IMG/VR virus record: IMGVR_UViG_3300024346_000008
Location: 1-64,000 of that record
Reading direction: 5' to 3' (one strand)
DNA length: 64,000 nucleotides
Origin: a virus
A program made the translations under genes and the position numbers. The notes beneath the pieces are model-generated. The model was not told the origin of the DNA, ran no database searches, and saw only the letters and a program-made list of their open reading frames with translations. Each line of letters opens with the position of its first letter. Positions within the stretch are counted from its first letter, which is position 1. Below are positions 1 through 7,968 of this stretch, piece by piece.

Positions 1-35
1 AATTAAAGCAGAACGTGAATCAACTGAGGACGCAG

Positions 36-452
36 ATGTATGAATACACAATTAAAAAATTATTAAAGGTTGTTGACGGCGATACAATTAAAGTTGAAAT
101 TGATTTAGGATTTGATTTGTGCGTGACGGCAACCATTCGATTGGCGGGAATAGATACTCCAGAAAGTCGTACTAAAGATTTAAAAGAAAAACAATTGGGA
201 CTAGAAGCAAAAAAATGGTTGGAAACTATATTAACTGAAAATCAAAATATTCGCATACATACGGCAAAAGATGCTGACGAAAAATACGGCAGATTATTAG
301 GAACATTATATCTATCAAAGGATGCAAAAAGTATAAATGAATTAATGGTTGAAAATGGTTATGCGTGGAAATACGACGGTGGAACAAAACAAAAAAATCT
401 ACAAGAGCTATTAGATATTCGTAATAGCAGAGGAAATTCCAATGGCATTTAA
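36..452 (+). CDS. thermonuclease (SNase-like) family nuclease
   Basis: VVDGDT, IRLAGIDTPE, DEKYGRLL and INELMVENGYA motifs; GAGG SD before ATG 36. Confidence 0.9.
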   Translation: MYEYTIKKLLKVVDGDTIKVEIDLGFDLCVTATIRLAGIDTPESRTKDLKEKQLGLEAKKWLETILTENQNIRIHTAKDADEKYGRLLGTLYLSKDAKSINELMVENGYAWKYDGGTKQKNLQELLDIRNSRGNSNGI

Positions 453-1035
453 CAAAGACCAAATAGAAAAGGCGGTAAAAGCAAAAGGTTATGCGTGGTT
501 TGAGGGAGACAATTTAGATGTAAATATTGTAGGCATACGTAATTCAGCAACGGGAAAGAAAGTCACGAATGTGTTTGATGATACGATGACTCTTTCCTAT
601 AAAGAAAATGGAGTGTGGAAGTTTCATGAATGGGCATGTACGACTGACCCGGGCACCAAGGGTGTTAAGGAATTCCACAATCCAAACGGAGTTGCCCGAT
701 TAGTTCCAGCCCAGTATCGTGGGTCGCACGCAATTGGATTACACCAAGGCAAATATGAAGCATTAAAACAAGCAAAGCCTGTCACGGTGTGGCGTGACAA
801 AAATAAAGATATGACATTCGATGAAACCACAAAAGATACGGGAATTTTTGGTATTAATATTCATCGGTCCAATCCAACTACAGAATCAGAATTTGTGGAA
901 AATTGGAGTGAAGGGTGCCAAGTATTTAAACGGGTAAAAGATTTTAATTTATTTATGAACATTGTCAATAAAGCAGCAAAAATACACGGTAATAGTTTCA
1001 GTTATACCCTATTAGAAAGTAAAGATATAACATAA
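442..1035 (+). CDS. putative cell-wall enzyme/endolysin, L,D-transpeptidase-like
   Basis: GINIH...WSEGCQV (H-x-S-x-G-C YkuD-like catalytic motif). Confidence 0.55.
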   Translation: MAFNKDQIEKAVKAKGYAWFEGDNLDVNIVGIRNSATGKKVTNVFDDTMTLSYKENGVWKFHEWACTTDPGTKGVKEFHNPNGVARLVPAQYRGSHAIGLHQGKYEALKQAKPVTVWRDKNKDMTFDETTKDTGIFGINIHRSNPTTESEFVENWSEGCQVFKRVKDFNLFMNIVNKAAKIHGNSFSYTLLESKDIT

Positions 1036-1049
1036 TTAAATAGACCCCC

Positions 1050-1078
1050 TTGACAAACAACCTCTTGGAGTGTATATT
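1050..1078 (+). promoter_or_regulatory. sigma70-type promoter for tRNA operon
   Basis: TTGACA-17 nt-TATATT. Confidence 0.85.
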
Positions 1079-1110
1079 TAATACATGACTTCAAGAGGTT
1101 TGTTGTCAAC

Positions 1111-1184
1111 GCCCGTGTGACGGAATCGGCATACGTACAAGTCTCAAAAACTTGGTTTTGTGGGTTCAAGTCCCACCGCGGGCA
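1111..1184 (+). tRNA. tRNA-Leu(CAA), short variable loop
   Basis: cloverleaf; caagt-CT CAA AA-acttg; T arm gtggg-TTCAAGT-cccac. Confidence 0.85.
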
Positions 1185-1192
1185 TGTAGTAA

Positions 1193-1228
1193 GGACAGTT
1201 GGCTGAGTGGTCTAAAGCTGTTGTTTTG
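1193..1228 (+). pseudogene. 5' remnant of a tRNA-Ser (probably TGA) truncated in the anticodon
   Basis: GGACAGT-TG-GCTGAGTGGTCTAAAGC-t-GTTGT-TT-TG then unrelated sequence; no 3' half seen. Confidence 0.7.
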
Positions 1229-1272
1229 TGAACTACTGCTCTATGTATATAGGTACTCATTTGGAGAACTTT

Positions 1273-1692
1273 ATGCACACAAAACAAGTTGGTGATATTG
1301 CAGAAGCAGCAATAATTCTAAGAGCTTTAGAAAAAGGATGGTCAGTATCAAAGCCAATTGGAGAAAATCAACGATATGATCTTATCATTGATGATGGTAG
1401 TACTTTACATAAAGTACAATGTAAATCTGCTAAACTTACGGACAACATAATAGTGGGTTCAATAAGTAGAATCTCCAGAAATGGAGATGTGTTCGTAAGA
1501 CATAAATATACTACCGATGAAATAGATGTATTTGCATTGTATTGCCCAGACGTAAAAGAATGTTACTGGATTTCATGTAAAGATTTAATGGTAGATGATG
1601 GGAATGTACAAAGTAGTATAAAACTTCGAATTAAACAATCTTCTGGTAATAATCAACACAAAACTAGATTAGCAAAAGATTATATTTTATAG
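1273..1692 (+). CDS. PD-(D/E)XK homing endonuclease (I-Ssp6803I-like), free-standing
   Basis: TKQVGDIAE, P.G...RYDLIID, KVQCKS, Y...EIDVFA motifs; GGAG SD. Confidence 0.85.
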   Translation: MHTKQVGDIAEAAIILRALEKGWSVSKPIGENQRYDLIIDDGSTLHKVQCKSAKLTDNIIVGSISRISRNGDVFVRHKYTTDEIDVFALYCPDVKECYWISCKDLMVDDGNVQSSIKLRIKQSSGNNQHKTRLAKDYIL

Positions 1693-1697
1693 AATTT

Positions 1698-1782
1698 GGA
1701 AGTGTGGCCGAGTGGTTTAAGGCACCTGCCTACTAAGCAGCCGAACCGAAAGGTTCCGTGAGTTCGAATCTCACCGCTTCCG
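1698..1782 (+). tRNA. tRNA-Ser(ACT)
   Basis: GGAAGTG/CGCTTCC acceptor, G73, long variable arm, loop CT ACT AA. Confidence 0.85.
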
Positions 1783-1786
1783 TAAC

Positions 1787-1860
1787 GCCCTTGTGGTCTA
1801 ATTGGATAAGGCAACGCTCTTCTAAAGCGTCCGATGGGGGTTCGAATCTCTCCAAGGGCA
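1787..1860 (+). tRNA. tRNA-Arg(TCT)
   Basis: cloverleaf; acgct-CT TCT AA-agcgt. Confidence 0.9.
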
Positions 1861-1902
1861 TCCTACCATACCAAAAACTTACAACAGGAGATACTACCCG
1901 AT

Positions 1903-2076
1903 ATGTTTAATATCAACCAAGAAGTGCAGATTACTGACCATTCGGAAGATATTTATAATAATAAATGGGGTAATATCCGACAAATTGCCGATGTGCGAGG
2001 CAATATCTTTTATACTGTTGAATTGGATAATGGCGTATTAATTCATTGTATTGATGAAGAATTAATGGAAACTTAA
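1903..2076 (+). CDS. small hypothetical protein (SH3/KOW-like beta protein)
   Basis: AGGAG SD; start moved downstream of tRNA-Arg. Confidence 0.6.
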   Translation: MFNINQEVQITDHSEDIYNNKWGNIRQIADVRGNIFYTVELDNGVLIHCIDEELMET

Positions 2077-2087
2077 TATACGCCCCC

Positions 2088-2116
2088 TTGACTTTTGAAT
2101 TATTCTGTATTATATT
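2088..2116 (+). promoter_or_regulatory. sigma70-type promoter
   Basis: TTGACT-17-TATATT. Confidence 0.8.
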
Positions 2117-2158
2117 ACATTCTCACGGCAACACAACCAAGGATTTAACTAAAACATC

Positions 2159-4408
2159 ATGTCTATCACGAAACAACACTCTAGTTACTGGCTTGACGAC
2201 GACCTGTTTGATGATATTGTAGACGATAAACCAAAAACAGATTTGCAGCGGATTACTCGCCTTAGCGCTGTCCGCCGTGGTATTGCAAATTTCGTATCCA
2301 TCCTAAGCGGTGAGAATGTACCCGTCCACTTTTCCAGTGGTAAGGATTCGTATACGGATGGTAAGCAGGTTATTATTTCTGCCGATGAAGATGTGGAAAA
2401 GTTCGATGCAATGGTAGGATTGGCGTTGCATGAGGGTAGTCATGTGTTGTTGTCCGATTTCACCCTGCTTCAGGCTCTGCAGAAGTCGGTGGAAAAGCCA
2501 CTCACCACGTATACTCAGCATCCCATGTGGATTACCGAAGCACGGGTAACTCAGGCCGCATCGGGAAATGTCTTTAAGGATATTCTACATCCGACAATTG
2601 CTAATTTGCTCCCAGAGTTTCCGGGTCAAACTGCATATGGGTATCTTGACCCAACGGCTTTGTACTGGGAAACGTCGATGAAGGTGCTGAATGATTTGCG
2701 GTTTATTATGAATATTTTGGAAGACCGTCGTATTGACAACTACGTGTATAATAACGCAGTTGGATATCGCCCATACTACAAGGCATTGTATAACAAGTAT
2801 TTTTATACAAAGGAAATGGGAAAGAATCTTCGGTTTAATCCCAAGTTCCGTGAACTTACGGCAGAAAATTACATCACCAGATTGTTGTATTGCATTCATC
2901 CTGCGGCCAATTGGGACGCCATGCCCGGTTTGCGTTCGCTGATTAATCTGATGGATTTGAATACGATTGAACGTGTGAGTCCGAAATACGATAAACAGAT
3001 TATGTATAATGGTACTCCACGTGCGGCATGGTTGACGGAACCTACGTATGAATCTATGCCCGTGTTGTGGCAGGAAGCAAATGTATTGTACGCACACATT
3101 CTAAAGTATGTGGGTATGGTAACATATGATGAATCGTCTGAGAAGCCGCCGGAAACTTCGATGGATAGTATTGCTCAAAAGAATTCGTCTGCACTGAGCG
3201 ACCTTCCAAATCTCGACGGGGCGCCTGGCATGGGTGACATGGAACCTGTTCCTGTTGAAAAGGATACAAAGGGGTCTGGGAAGAATAAGAAGGAAGTAGA
3301 TGGCACGTTTAATGAGAAAAGTGCTCTCAAAGAAATGGATGGTGCCAAAAAGGTAATGGACGGCAAGGTAAAGAAAAAGAAGTTGTCCAAGAGTGATGCT
3401 GCCGCAGTAACTGCCTTCGAAGAAGCAGATGCTAAGATGGTGGATATTACTGGAGAAGGTGTTCCGTTTGGTAAGTGTATGGTCACCAGAAAACTTACGA
3501 ATGAACTTATGGAACAAGATTGGTTTATCTTTAAGCGGTGGGGATGGAATCGTAATGATACCAATCCGTATGTTGAACAGTCAATTTCGGCAGGTAAGCG
3601 TATGGGACAGATTCTTGTCCATCGTTTGCAAGTTCGTAATGACCCACTGATTACGAAGCAGACTCGACTTCCGCAGGGTGGATTGGATAGACGATTGCTG
3701 GCACAGTTGGGTATGGACATTACCTCAGTATTCCAGAAGTCTCGCACGGATATTCATAAGCCTGCCATGTTGCACTTGACGCTGGATGCATCGGGTTCTA
3801 TGAGTGGTGGTAAGTGGAACAAGGTTCGGTCGGTTGCCATTGCCTTGGCTTATGTGGGTTCAAAGTTGCGGAATGTCGATACGGTCATTTCAATTCGTGG
3901 TGGAAATGATTTGCCTATCGTGTCGGTAGTCTATGATTCACGCCGTGACCAGTTTCCTAAGTTTGTTCAACATATGCGGATGCTAGACCCTGCGGGAGCA
4001 ACGCCGGAGGGGTTGTGTTTCAAGGCAACGATGGATTTGATTCTGGAATGCAAAGATACGCATGATGTATACTTCATTAACTTCAGTGATGGTGAACCGT
4101 CGTTTGGTTACAACAGTGATACCGCACTTGGAAAAGCTGGTAAGCATCGTGGATATAGAGAGTATTTTAGTTATGCTGGAGAGGTAGCAACCAAACATAC
4201 CCGTGCAATGGTACAGCAGTTGCGGGATGCAAATGTAAAAGTATTGAGTTATTTCATTACAGAAACATATAAGCATAGTTATAATGGCCCCAGTGTTGCA
4301 AAAACCGTATTCCAGAAAATGTATGGGGAAGACGCAGTTATGGTTAATGTGGAAAATGCGTCAGAGGTATTAAGAACCCTTAATTCCAGATTGCTGGTTA
4401 GGGGTTGA
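2159..4408 (+). CDS. CobT-like metallopeptidase-motif/VWA domain protein (partner of MoxR-type ATPase)
   Basis: HEGSH and NILEDRRID N-terminal motifs; MIDAS DASGSM, T and SDG in C-terminal VWA. Confidence 0.85.
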   Translation: MSITKQHSSYWLDDDLFDDIVDDKPKTDLQRITRLSAVRRGIANFVSILSGENVPVHFSSGKDSYTDGKQVIISADEDVEKFDAMVGLALHEGSHVLLSDFTLLQALQKSVEKPLTTYTQHPMWITEARVTQAASGNVFKDILHPTIANLLPEFPGQTAYGYLDPTALYWETSMKVLNDLRFIMNILEDRRIDNYVYNNAVGYRPYYKALYNKYFYTKEMGKNLRFNPKFRELTAENYITRLLYCIHPAANWDAMPGLRSLINLMDLNTIERVSPKYDKQIMYNGTPRAAWLTEPTYESMPVLWQEANVLYAHILKYVGMVTYDESSEKPPETSMDSIAQKNSSALSDLPNLDGAPGMGDMEPVPVEKDTKGSGKNKKEVDGTFNEKSALKEMDGAKKVMDGKVKKKKLSKSDAAAVTAFEEADAKMVDITGEGVPFGKCMVTRKLTNELMEQDWFIFKRWGWNRNDTNPYVEQSISAGKRMGQILVHRLQVRNDPLITKQTRLPQGGLDRRLLAQLGMDITSVFQKSRTDIHKPAMLHLTLDASGSMSGGKWNKVRSVAIALAYVGSKLRNVDTVISIRGGNDLPIVSVVYDSRRDQFPKFVQHMRMLDPAGATPEGLCFKATMDLILECKDTHDVYFINFSDGEPSFGYNSDTALGKAGKHRGYREYFSYAGEVATKHTRAMVQQLRDANVKVLSYFITETYKHSYNGPSVAKTVFQKMYGEDAVMVNVENASEVLRTLNSRLLVRG

Positions 4409-4433
4409 CAAATAGGTAGGACAGTGTTATATT
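4405..4433 (+). promoter_or_regulatory. sigma70-type promoter
   Basis: TTGACA-17-TATATT. Confidence 0.8.
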
Positions 4434-4476
4434 ACAGAAGGTTCAATAATCAATCATTTTACGGAGAGTAAACACA

Positions 4477-5667
4477 GTGACTAAGGTCAAGAATACGCAG
4501 GTAGAAATCGTGGTGGCTTTGAATGATGCATCGATGCCAATAAATCAGTTTGGTGATATGGTTGACTTGCCAGGGCCCAAGATTCGTCACCTGCGTAAAA
4601 ATGGTGGGTGTTATCGTATGATTACCACAAAGACGGGATCGACGCAGTTGCGTCACGCAGAAATGAGTGTATTTGATGCACTTGCAAAGAATGCAGTTCC
4701 GTTGGATGTAACCGATAATCGTTCGGACGAAGTGCATGAGGATATTGAAAAGTATCTTACCGACAGTGTTGCTCTTCGTCCTGCAAATCTTATTCTTTCC
4801 GATTTGAAGTGGAAGTATCTGATGCGCTCGGTCGTTCGTGGTAAGAACATTATGATGACAGGCCCTTCGGGATGTGGTAAGACATTGGCTGTGCAGAGTG
4901 TGGCAAAGGCACTAAATGGCCGTCCATTCTTTTACTTCAACCTTGGTGCAACGACTGACCCTCGTTCTACGCTGATTGGTAACACGCATTATAGTAAGGA
5001 AAAGGGAACCTTTGTGGCCGACGCACTGTTCTGTCGGGCCATTCAGTCAGAAAATTCCATTATTCTTATTGACGAGTTGACGCGAGCAAATCCTGATGCG
5101 TGGAATATTCTGATTACGGTTCTTGATGAGAATCAGCGATATCTTCGCATTGATGAAAAGCCGGATACGCCGACGATTAAGGTAGCAAAGGGTGTGACCT
5201 TCATTGCCACGGCAAACATTGGTAGTGAATACACCGCCACCCGTGTCCTTGACCGCGCCATGATGGACCGCTTTACGGCAATCGTTGAGATGGAACCACT
5301 GTCGGTTGAGAACGAACTGAAGCTCATTAACATGACATACCCCAATGTTCCAGAGGCAACCGCGCGAGCCATTGCAGAAATTGCTGGTAACACTCGTTCT
5401 CAAGTTCGTTCGGATGACCCAAAGGTTACTACTTCAATTTCTAGTCGTCTCACGGTAGAAATGGCCGGATTGATTTATGACGGATTTTCTCTGACCGAAG
5501 CAGCAGAAGTGTGTATCTATCCATTCTTCTCGGATGCAGGTGGGGCAGATTCGGAACGGACATACATGAAGCAGTTGGTTCAGAAGTATATTCCCAATGA
5601 TCTGAACGCTGGGAATGTGTGGGACACCGCGGTTGGCGGTAAGGCCACTTTCAACCCGACATTCTAA
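4477..5667 (+). CDS. MoxR/CobS/CbbQ-type AAA+ ATPase
   Basis: Walker A GPSGCGKT, Walker B ILIDE, ATAN sensor I, LDRAMMDRF. Confidence 0.9.
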   Translation: MTKVKNTQVEIVVALNDASMPINQFGDMVDLPGPKIRHLRKNGGCYRMITTKTGSTQLRHAEMSVFDALAKNAVPLDVTDNRSDEVHEDIEKYLTDSVALRPANLILSDLKWKYLMRSVVRGKNIMMTGPSGCGKTLAVQSVAKALNGRPFFYFNLGATTDPRSTLIGNTHYSKEKGTFVADALFCRAIQSENSIILIDELTRANPDAWNILITVLDENQRYLRIDEKPDTPTIKVAKGVTFIATANIGSEYTATRVLDRAMMDRFTAIVEMEPLSVENELKLINMTYPNVPEATARAIAEIAGNTRSQVRSDDPKVTTSISSRLTVEMAGLIYDGFSLTEAAEVCIYPFFSDAGGADSERTYMKQLVQKYIPNDLNAGNVWDTAVGGKATFNPTF

Positions 5668-5843
5668 TGGGAAAGACATATAAGGACCAGAGAAAGTGGG
5701 ATAAGCGCCGCTCGACCCGCGAAGAGGATGTTCCAAAGGATGAACGCCGGAAGAACGGCAGGCATCGTTCCGTCGAAGATGTTCCATTGGATGAAGAGCC
5801 ATTACATCCCTATGAACATTTAGATTATGAATATGATCTTTAA
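5667..5843 (+). CDS. 58-aa charged hypothetical protein
   Basis: ORF MGKTYKDQRK... overlapping the ATPase stop (TAATG). Confidence 0.55.
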   Translation: MGKTYKDQRKWDKRRSTREEDVPKDERRKNGRHRSVEDVPLDEEPLHPYEHLDYEYDL

Positions 5844-5888
5844 TCAGTAAAGTATATAGTTATTAAATGGTTATTAAAAACTGGGGGG

Positions 5889-5953
5889 TTGACAAACGAC
5901 CTACACTAGTGTATATTACAAGAGTAGTGAAGAACGACACGTTATTTGACAAC
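5889..5953 (+). promoter_or_regulatory. sigma70-type promoter plus boxA-like element of the main tRNA operon
   Basis: TTGACA-17-TATATT; GTTATTTGACAAC at 5941-5953. Confidence 0.75.
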
Positions 5954-5957
5954 TAAA

Positions 5958-6018
5958 GGGGGTTACTTTCCGAGTTCCCTCGCACAAAACTCCGACGTTT
6001 GGTTCACGTAACGAACCA
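5958..6018 (+). ncRNA. pseudoknot-plus-hairpin RNA motif, copy 1
   Basis: covaries with the copy at 9335-9396. Confidence 0.7.
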
Positions 6019-6022
6019 CTTT

Positions 6023-6055
6023 GCCACCTTCGTCTATCGGTTAGGACGTTTTTTC
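6023..6055 (+). pseudogene. 5' remnant of a tRNA-Glu
   Basis: GCCACCT-TC-GTCTATCGGTTAGGAC is a typical Glu acceptor strand and D arm; sequence then collapses. Confidence 0.7.
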
Positions 6056-6098
6056 AAAGTATCATACTATTTATAGTAAATGATTAACTGAGAAATAT

Positions 6099-6701
6099 AT
6101 GTCAAAACTAGGTGGATATAGAGAAGGTTCGGGAAGAAGTAAATCGGGATATTATAACGGTATTTACTGCGGGTCTACTTATGAACTATGTTGGGTGATA
6201 TACGCACTTGACACTCAAGTAAAATTTGATAGATTTAAAGGAATCTTACGAGGTAATAATATATCATATGTTCCTGACTTTCTCTTGAAGGATGGCAAAA
6301 CAATAATAGAATTAAAAGGATATGAATCACAAGATAGAGTTAATGAAAAAACAAAATTGGCAGAAAGTCTTGGATATACCGTGGTTGTCTTACGAAAAGA
6401 CGATTTAAAAGATGTGTTTGCGTATGTTGCTAATAAATTTGGAACTAAAAAGTTTCATACGTTATATGATGGTTATAAACCAAAATATACTTACACTTGT
6501 TCAAATTGTGGTAACTCATTGACCAGAGACAATCAGTTAAAATCAACCAATGTGTTTTGTTCAAGAGTTTGCGCAGGCCTAGGCAATAGACCGCACACGA
6601 TTTTGTCTAAGCAAAAAGTATTAGATAGGGCAAAAAGATTCTACGAAAAAAATAAAGAATTAATTAATAAAAAACGTAGAGAAAAATATAATAGTAAATA
6701 A
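6099..6701 (+). CDS. PD-(D/E)XK endonuclease (TnsA-like) with C-terminal Zn finger
   Basis: S.YE, YVPDF, IIELKG; CSNC...FCSRVC. Confidence 0.8.
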   Translation: MSKLGGYREGSGRSKSGYYNGIYCGSTYELCWVIYALDTQVKFDRFKGILRGNNISYVPDFLLKDGKTIIELKGYESQDRVNEKTKLAESLGYTVVVLRKDDLKDVFAYVANKFGTKKFHTLYDGYKPKYTYTCSNCGNSLTRDNQLKSTNVFCSRVCAGLGNRPHTILSKQKVLDRAKRFYEKNKELINKKRREKYNSK

Positions 6702-6704
6702 TAT

Positions 6705-6776
6705 GGCGCGTTCTTCTAGCGGCTAGGAAGCTTGACTTTCACTCAAGTAAGACGGGTTCGATTCCCGTACGCGCTA
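6705..6776 (+). tRNA. tRNA-Glu(TTC)
   Basis: cloverleaf; cttga-CT TTC AC-tcaag. Confidence 0.9.
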
Positions 6777-6968
6777 CTTATCCCGTCCGTTTCTATATGT
6801 GGTAGACGTTAAACAAAAACATATTCGGTACATGAACTCCGACAATATTCATGAGTGGTTCGCACCAGCTTAGTGGTGGTAAGGGTTGGGAAAAATATTG
6901 AATAGCTAACAATATTTGGGGAACCTACTAGATACTGTGGAAAGTATCTGACAATCCCCACCCACTAT

Positions 6969-7040
6969 TGGCCTATCGTATAACGGTTATTACTCTTGGC
7001 TTTGAACCAAGTAATCGGGGTTCGATTCCCTGTAGGCCTA
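6969..7040 (+). tRNA. tRNA-Gln(TTG)
   Basis: cttgg-CT TTG AA-ccaag. Confidence 0.9.
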
Positions 7041-7097
7041 TTGTAGTACGGACGCTCTACCGATTAGAGTATGATTAATTTTTCTTTGGGTATACAC

Positions 7098-7253
7098 ATG
7101 AAAGTTTTTATGGTTTTCGCAGTGATGGCAATGACAGCATGTTCCAGTGCAAAGACTGAGACGGTTGCTGATACCTCGGCAACTACCACGGTTGATAGTG
7201 CCGGAGTTATTAATGTTACAACTGATTCGGTTCGCACCGATTCCGTCAAGTAA
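7098..7253 (+). CDS. small lipoprotein
   Basis: signal peptide with lipobox MTAC; T/D/S-rich tail. Confidence 0.7.
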   Translation: MKVFMVFAVMAMTACSSAKTETVADTSATTTVDSAGVINVTTDSVRTDSVK

Positions 7254-7254
7254 A

Positions 7255-7366
7255 GCATTTCTGATGAGGCTTTAATAGCCGTAATGTTGGAGGCGGTTTG
7301 CGCGTGAGCGGTCACAAACTGTCAGACTTTGGTCGGCCGGTCGCTCGGCTATCCAACATAAAATGC
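7255..7366 (+). ncRNA. type I hammerhead ribozyme variant (GUAA in place of GAAA) with structured insert in stem III
   Basis: GCATTT-CTGATGA-GGCT/AGCC-GTA-ATGTTGGA...TCCAACAT-A-AAATGC. Confidence 0.7.
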
Positions 7367-7458
7367 AGTAATTAAATTTTACGAGGAGTTGGTCAGTCCC
7401 TCGGTGAAAGAGATCGCAACTCTAAAGACATGATCGATCACCATGTCACTGACTGTAC

Positions 7459-7528
7459 GCGGTTTTGGTGTAACAGTAGCACGGTCGGCGTCCAGCTGAA
7501 CAGTCCGGTGCAAATCCGTGAAACCGCT
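7459..7528 (+). tRNA. atypical tRNA-Gly(TCC)
   Basis: GCGGTTT/AAACCGC acceptor with U73; loop CG TCC AG; degenerate D and T arms. Confidence 0.55.
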
Positions 7529-7532
7529 CTTT

Positions 7533-7605
7533 GGGTCTTAGGTGTAAATGGGTGCACGTCTGCTTTGCAAGCAGAAGGTAATCGGTTCGATACCGATAAG
7601 ATCCA
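7533..7605 (+). tRNA. tRNA-Ala(TGC)
   Basis: G3.U70; tctgc-TT TGC AA-gcaga. Confidence 0.9.
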
Positions 7606-7621
7606 CTTGACAAAATTAATT

Positions 7622-7712
7622 GGGCGAGGTAACGTGCAGAAAGACGTTTCTGTGGGAGTCACCACACGGTAGCCCCGTGTTTAGGAAGCCGGTTCGAATC
7701 CGGCCTCGTCCA
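7622..7712 (+). ncRNA. tRNA-like RNA with Ala acceptor and branched anticodon arm
   Basis: GGGCGAG/CTCGTCC-A, perfect T arm, two hairpins instead of an anticodon loop. Confidence 0.65.
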
Positions 7713-7713
7713 C

Positions 7714-7869
7714 TTGACAAATAATGTTTGATAGGTTATATTAAAAGAGTACGATACTGACGCGGGGTAGAGAAGCAGTAACTCATTTGGCTCATAACCA
7801 AAAGATCGTGGGTGCAATTCCCACCTCCGCCATAAGATACTTGACAAATGAAGGTCACTAGGTTATATT
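7714..7869 (+). promoter_or_regulatory. two internal sigma70-type promoters (7714, 7841)
   Basis: TTGACA-17-TATATT twice, each followed by AAAAGA. Confidence 0.8.
7761..7832 (+). tRNA. tRNA-Met(CAT), initiator-like
   Basis: CGCGGGG start, C1.C72 mismatch, CT CAT AA. Confidence 0.85.
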
Positions 7870-7879
7870 AAAAGAATAC

Positions 7880-7962
7880 GCTCCTATGGTGAAATCGGTA
7901 AACACAAGAGACTTAAAATCTCTCGCTCGAAAGGCTTGTCGGTTCGATTCCGACTGGGAGCA
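7880..7962 (+). tRNA. tRNA-Leu(TAA)
   Basis: long variable arm; CT TAA AA. Confidence 0.9.
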
Positions 7963-7968
7963 CTTAAT

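Noticed and set aside
1193-1782. Group I intron splitting a single tRNA-Ser
   Set aside because: Only ~45 nt before and 5 nt after the ORF, too little for a ribozyme core; the downstream tRNA is complete
6788-6830. Pistol ribozyme (ACGTTAAA after a pseudoknotted hairpin)
   Set aside because: P2/P3 and the GU cleavage junction are not identifiable
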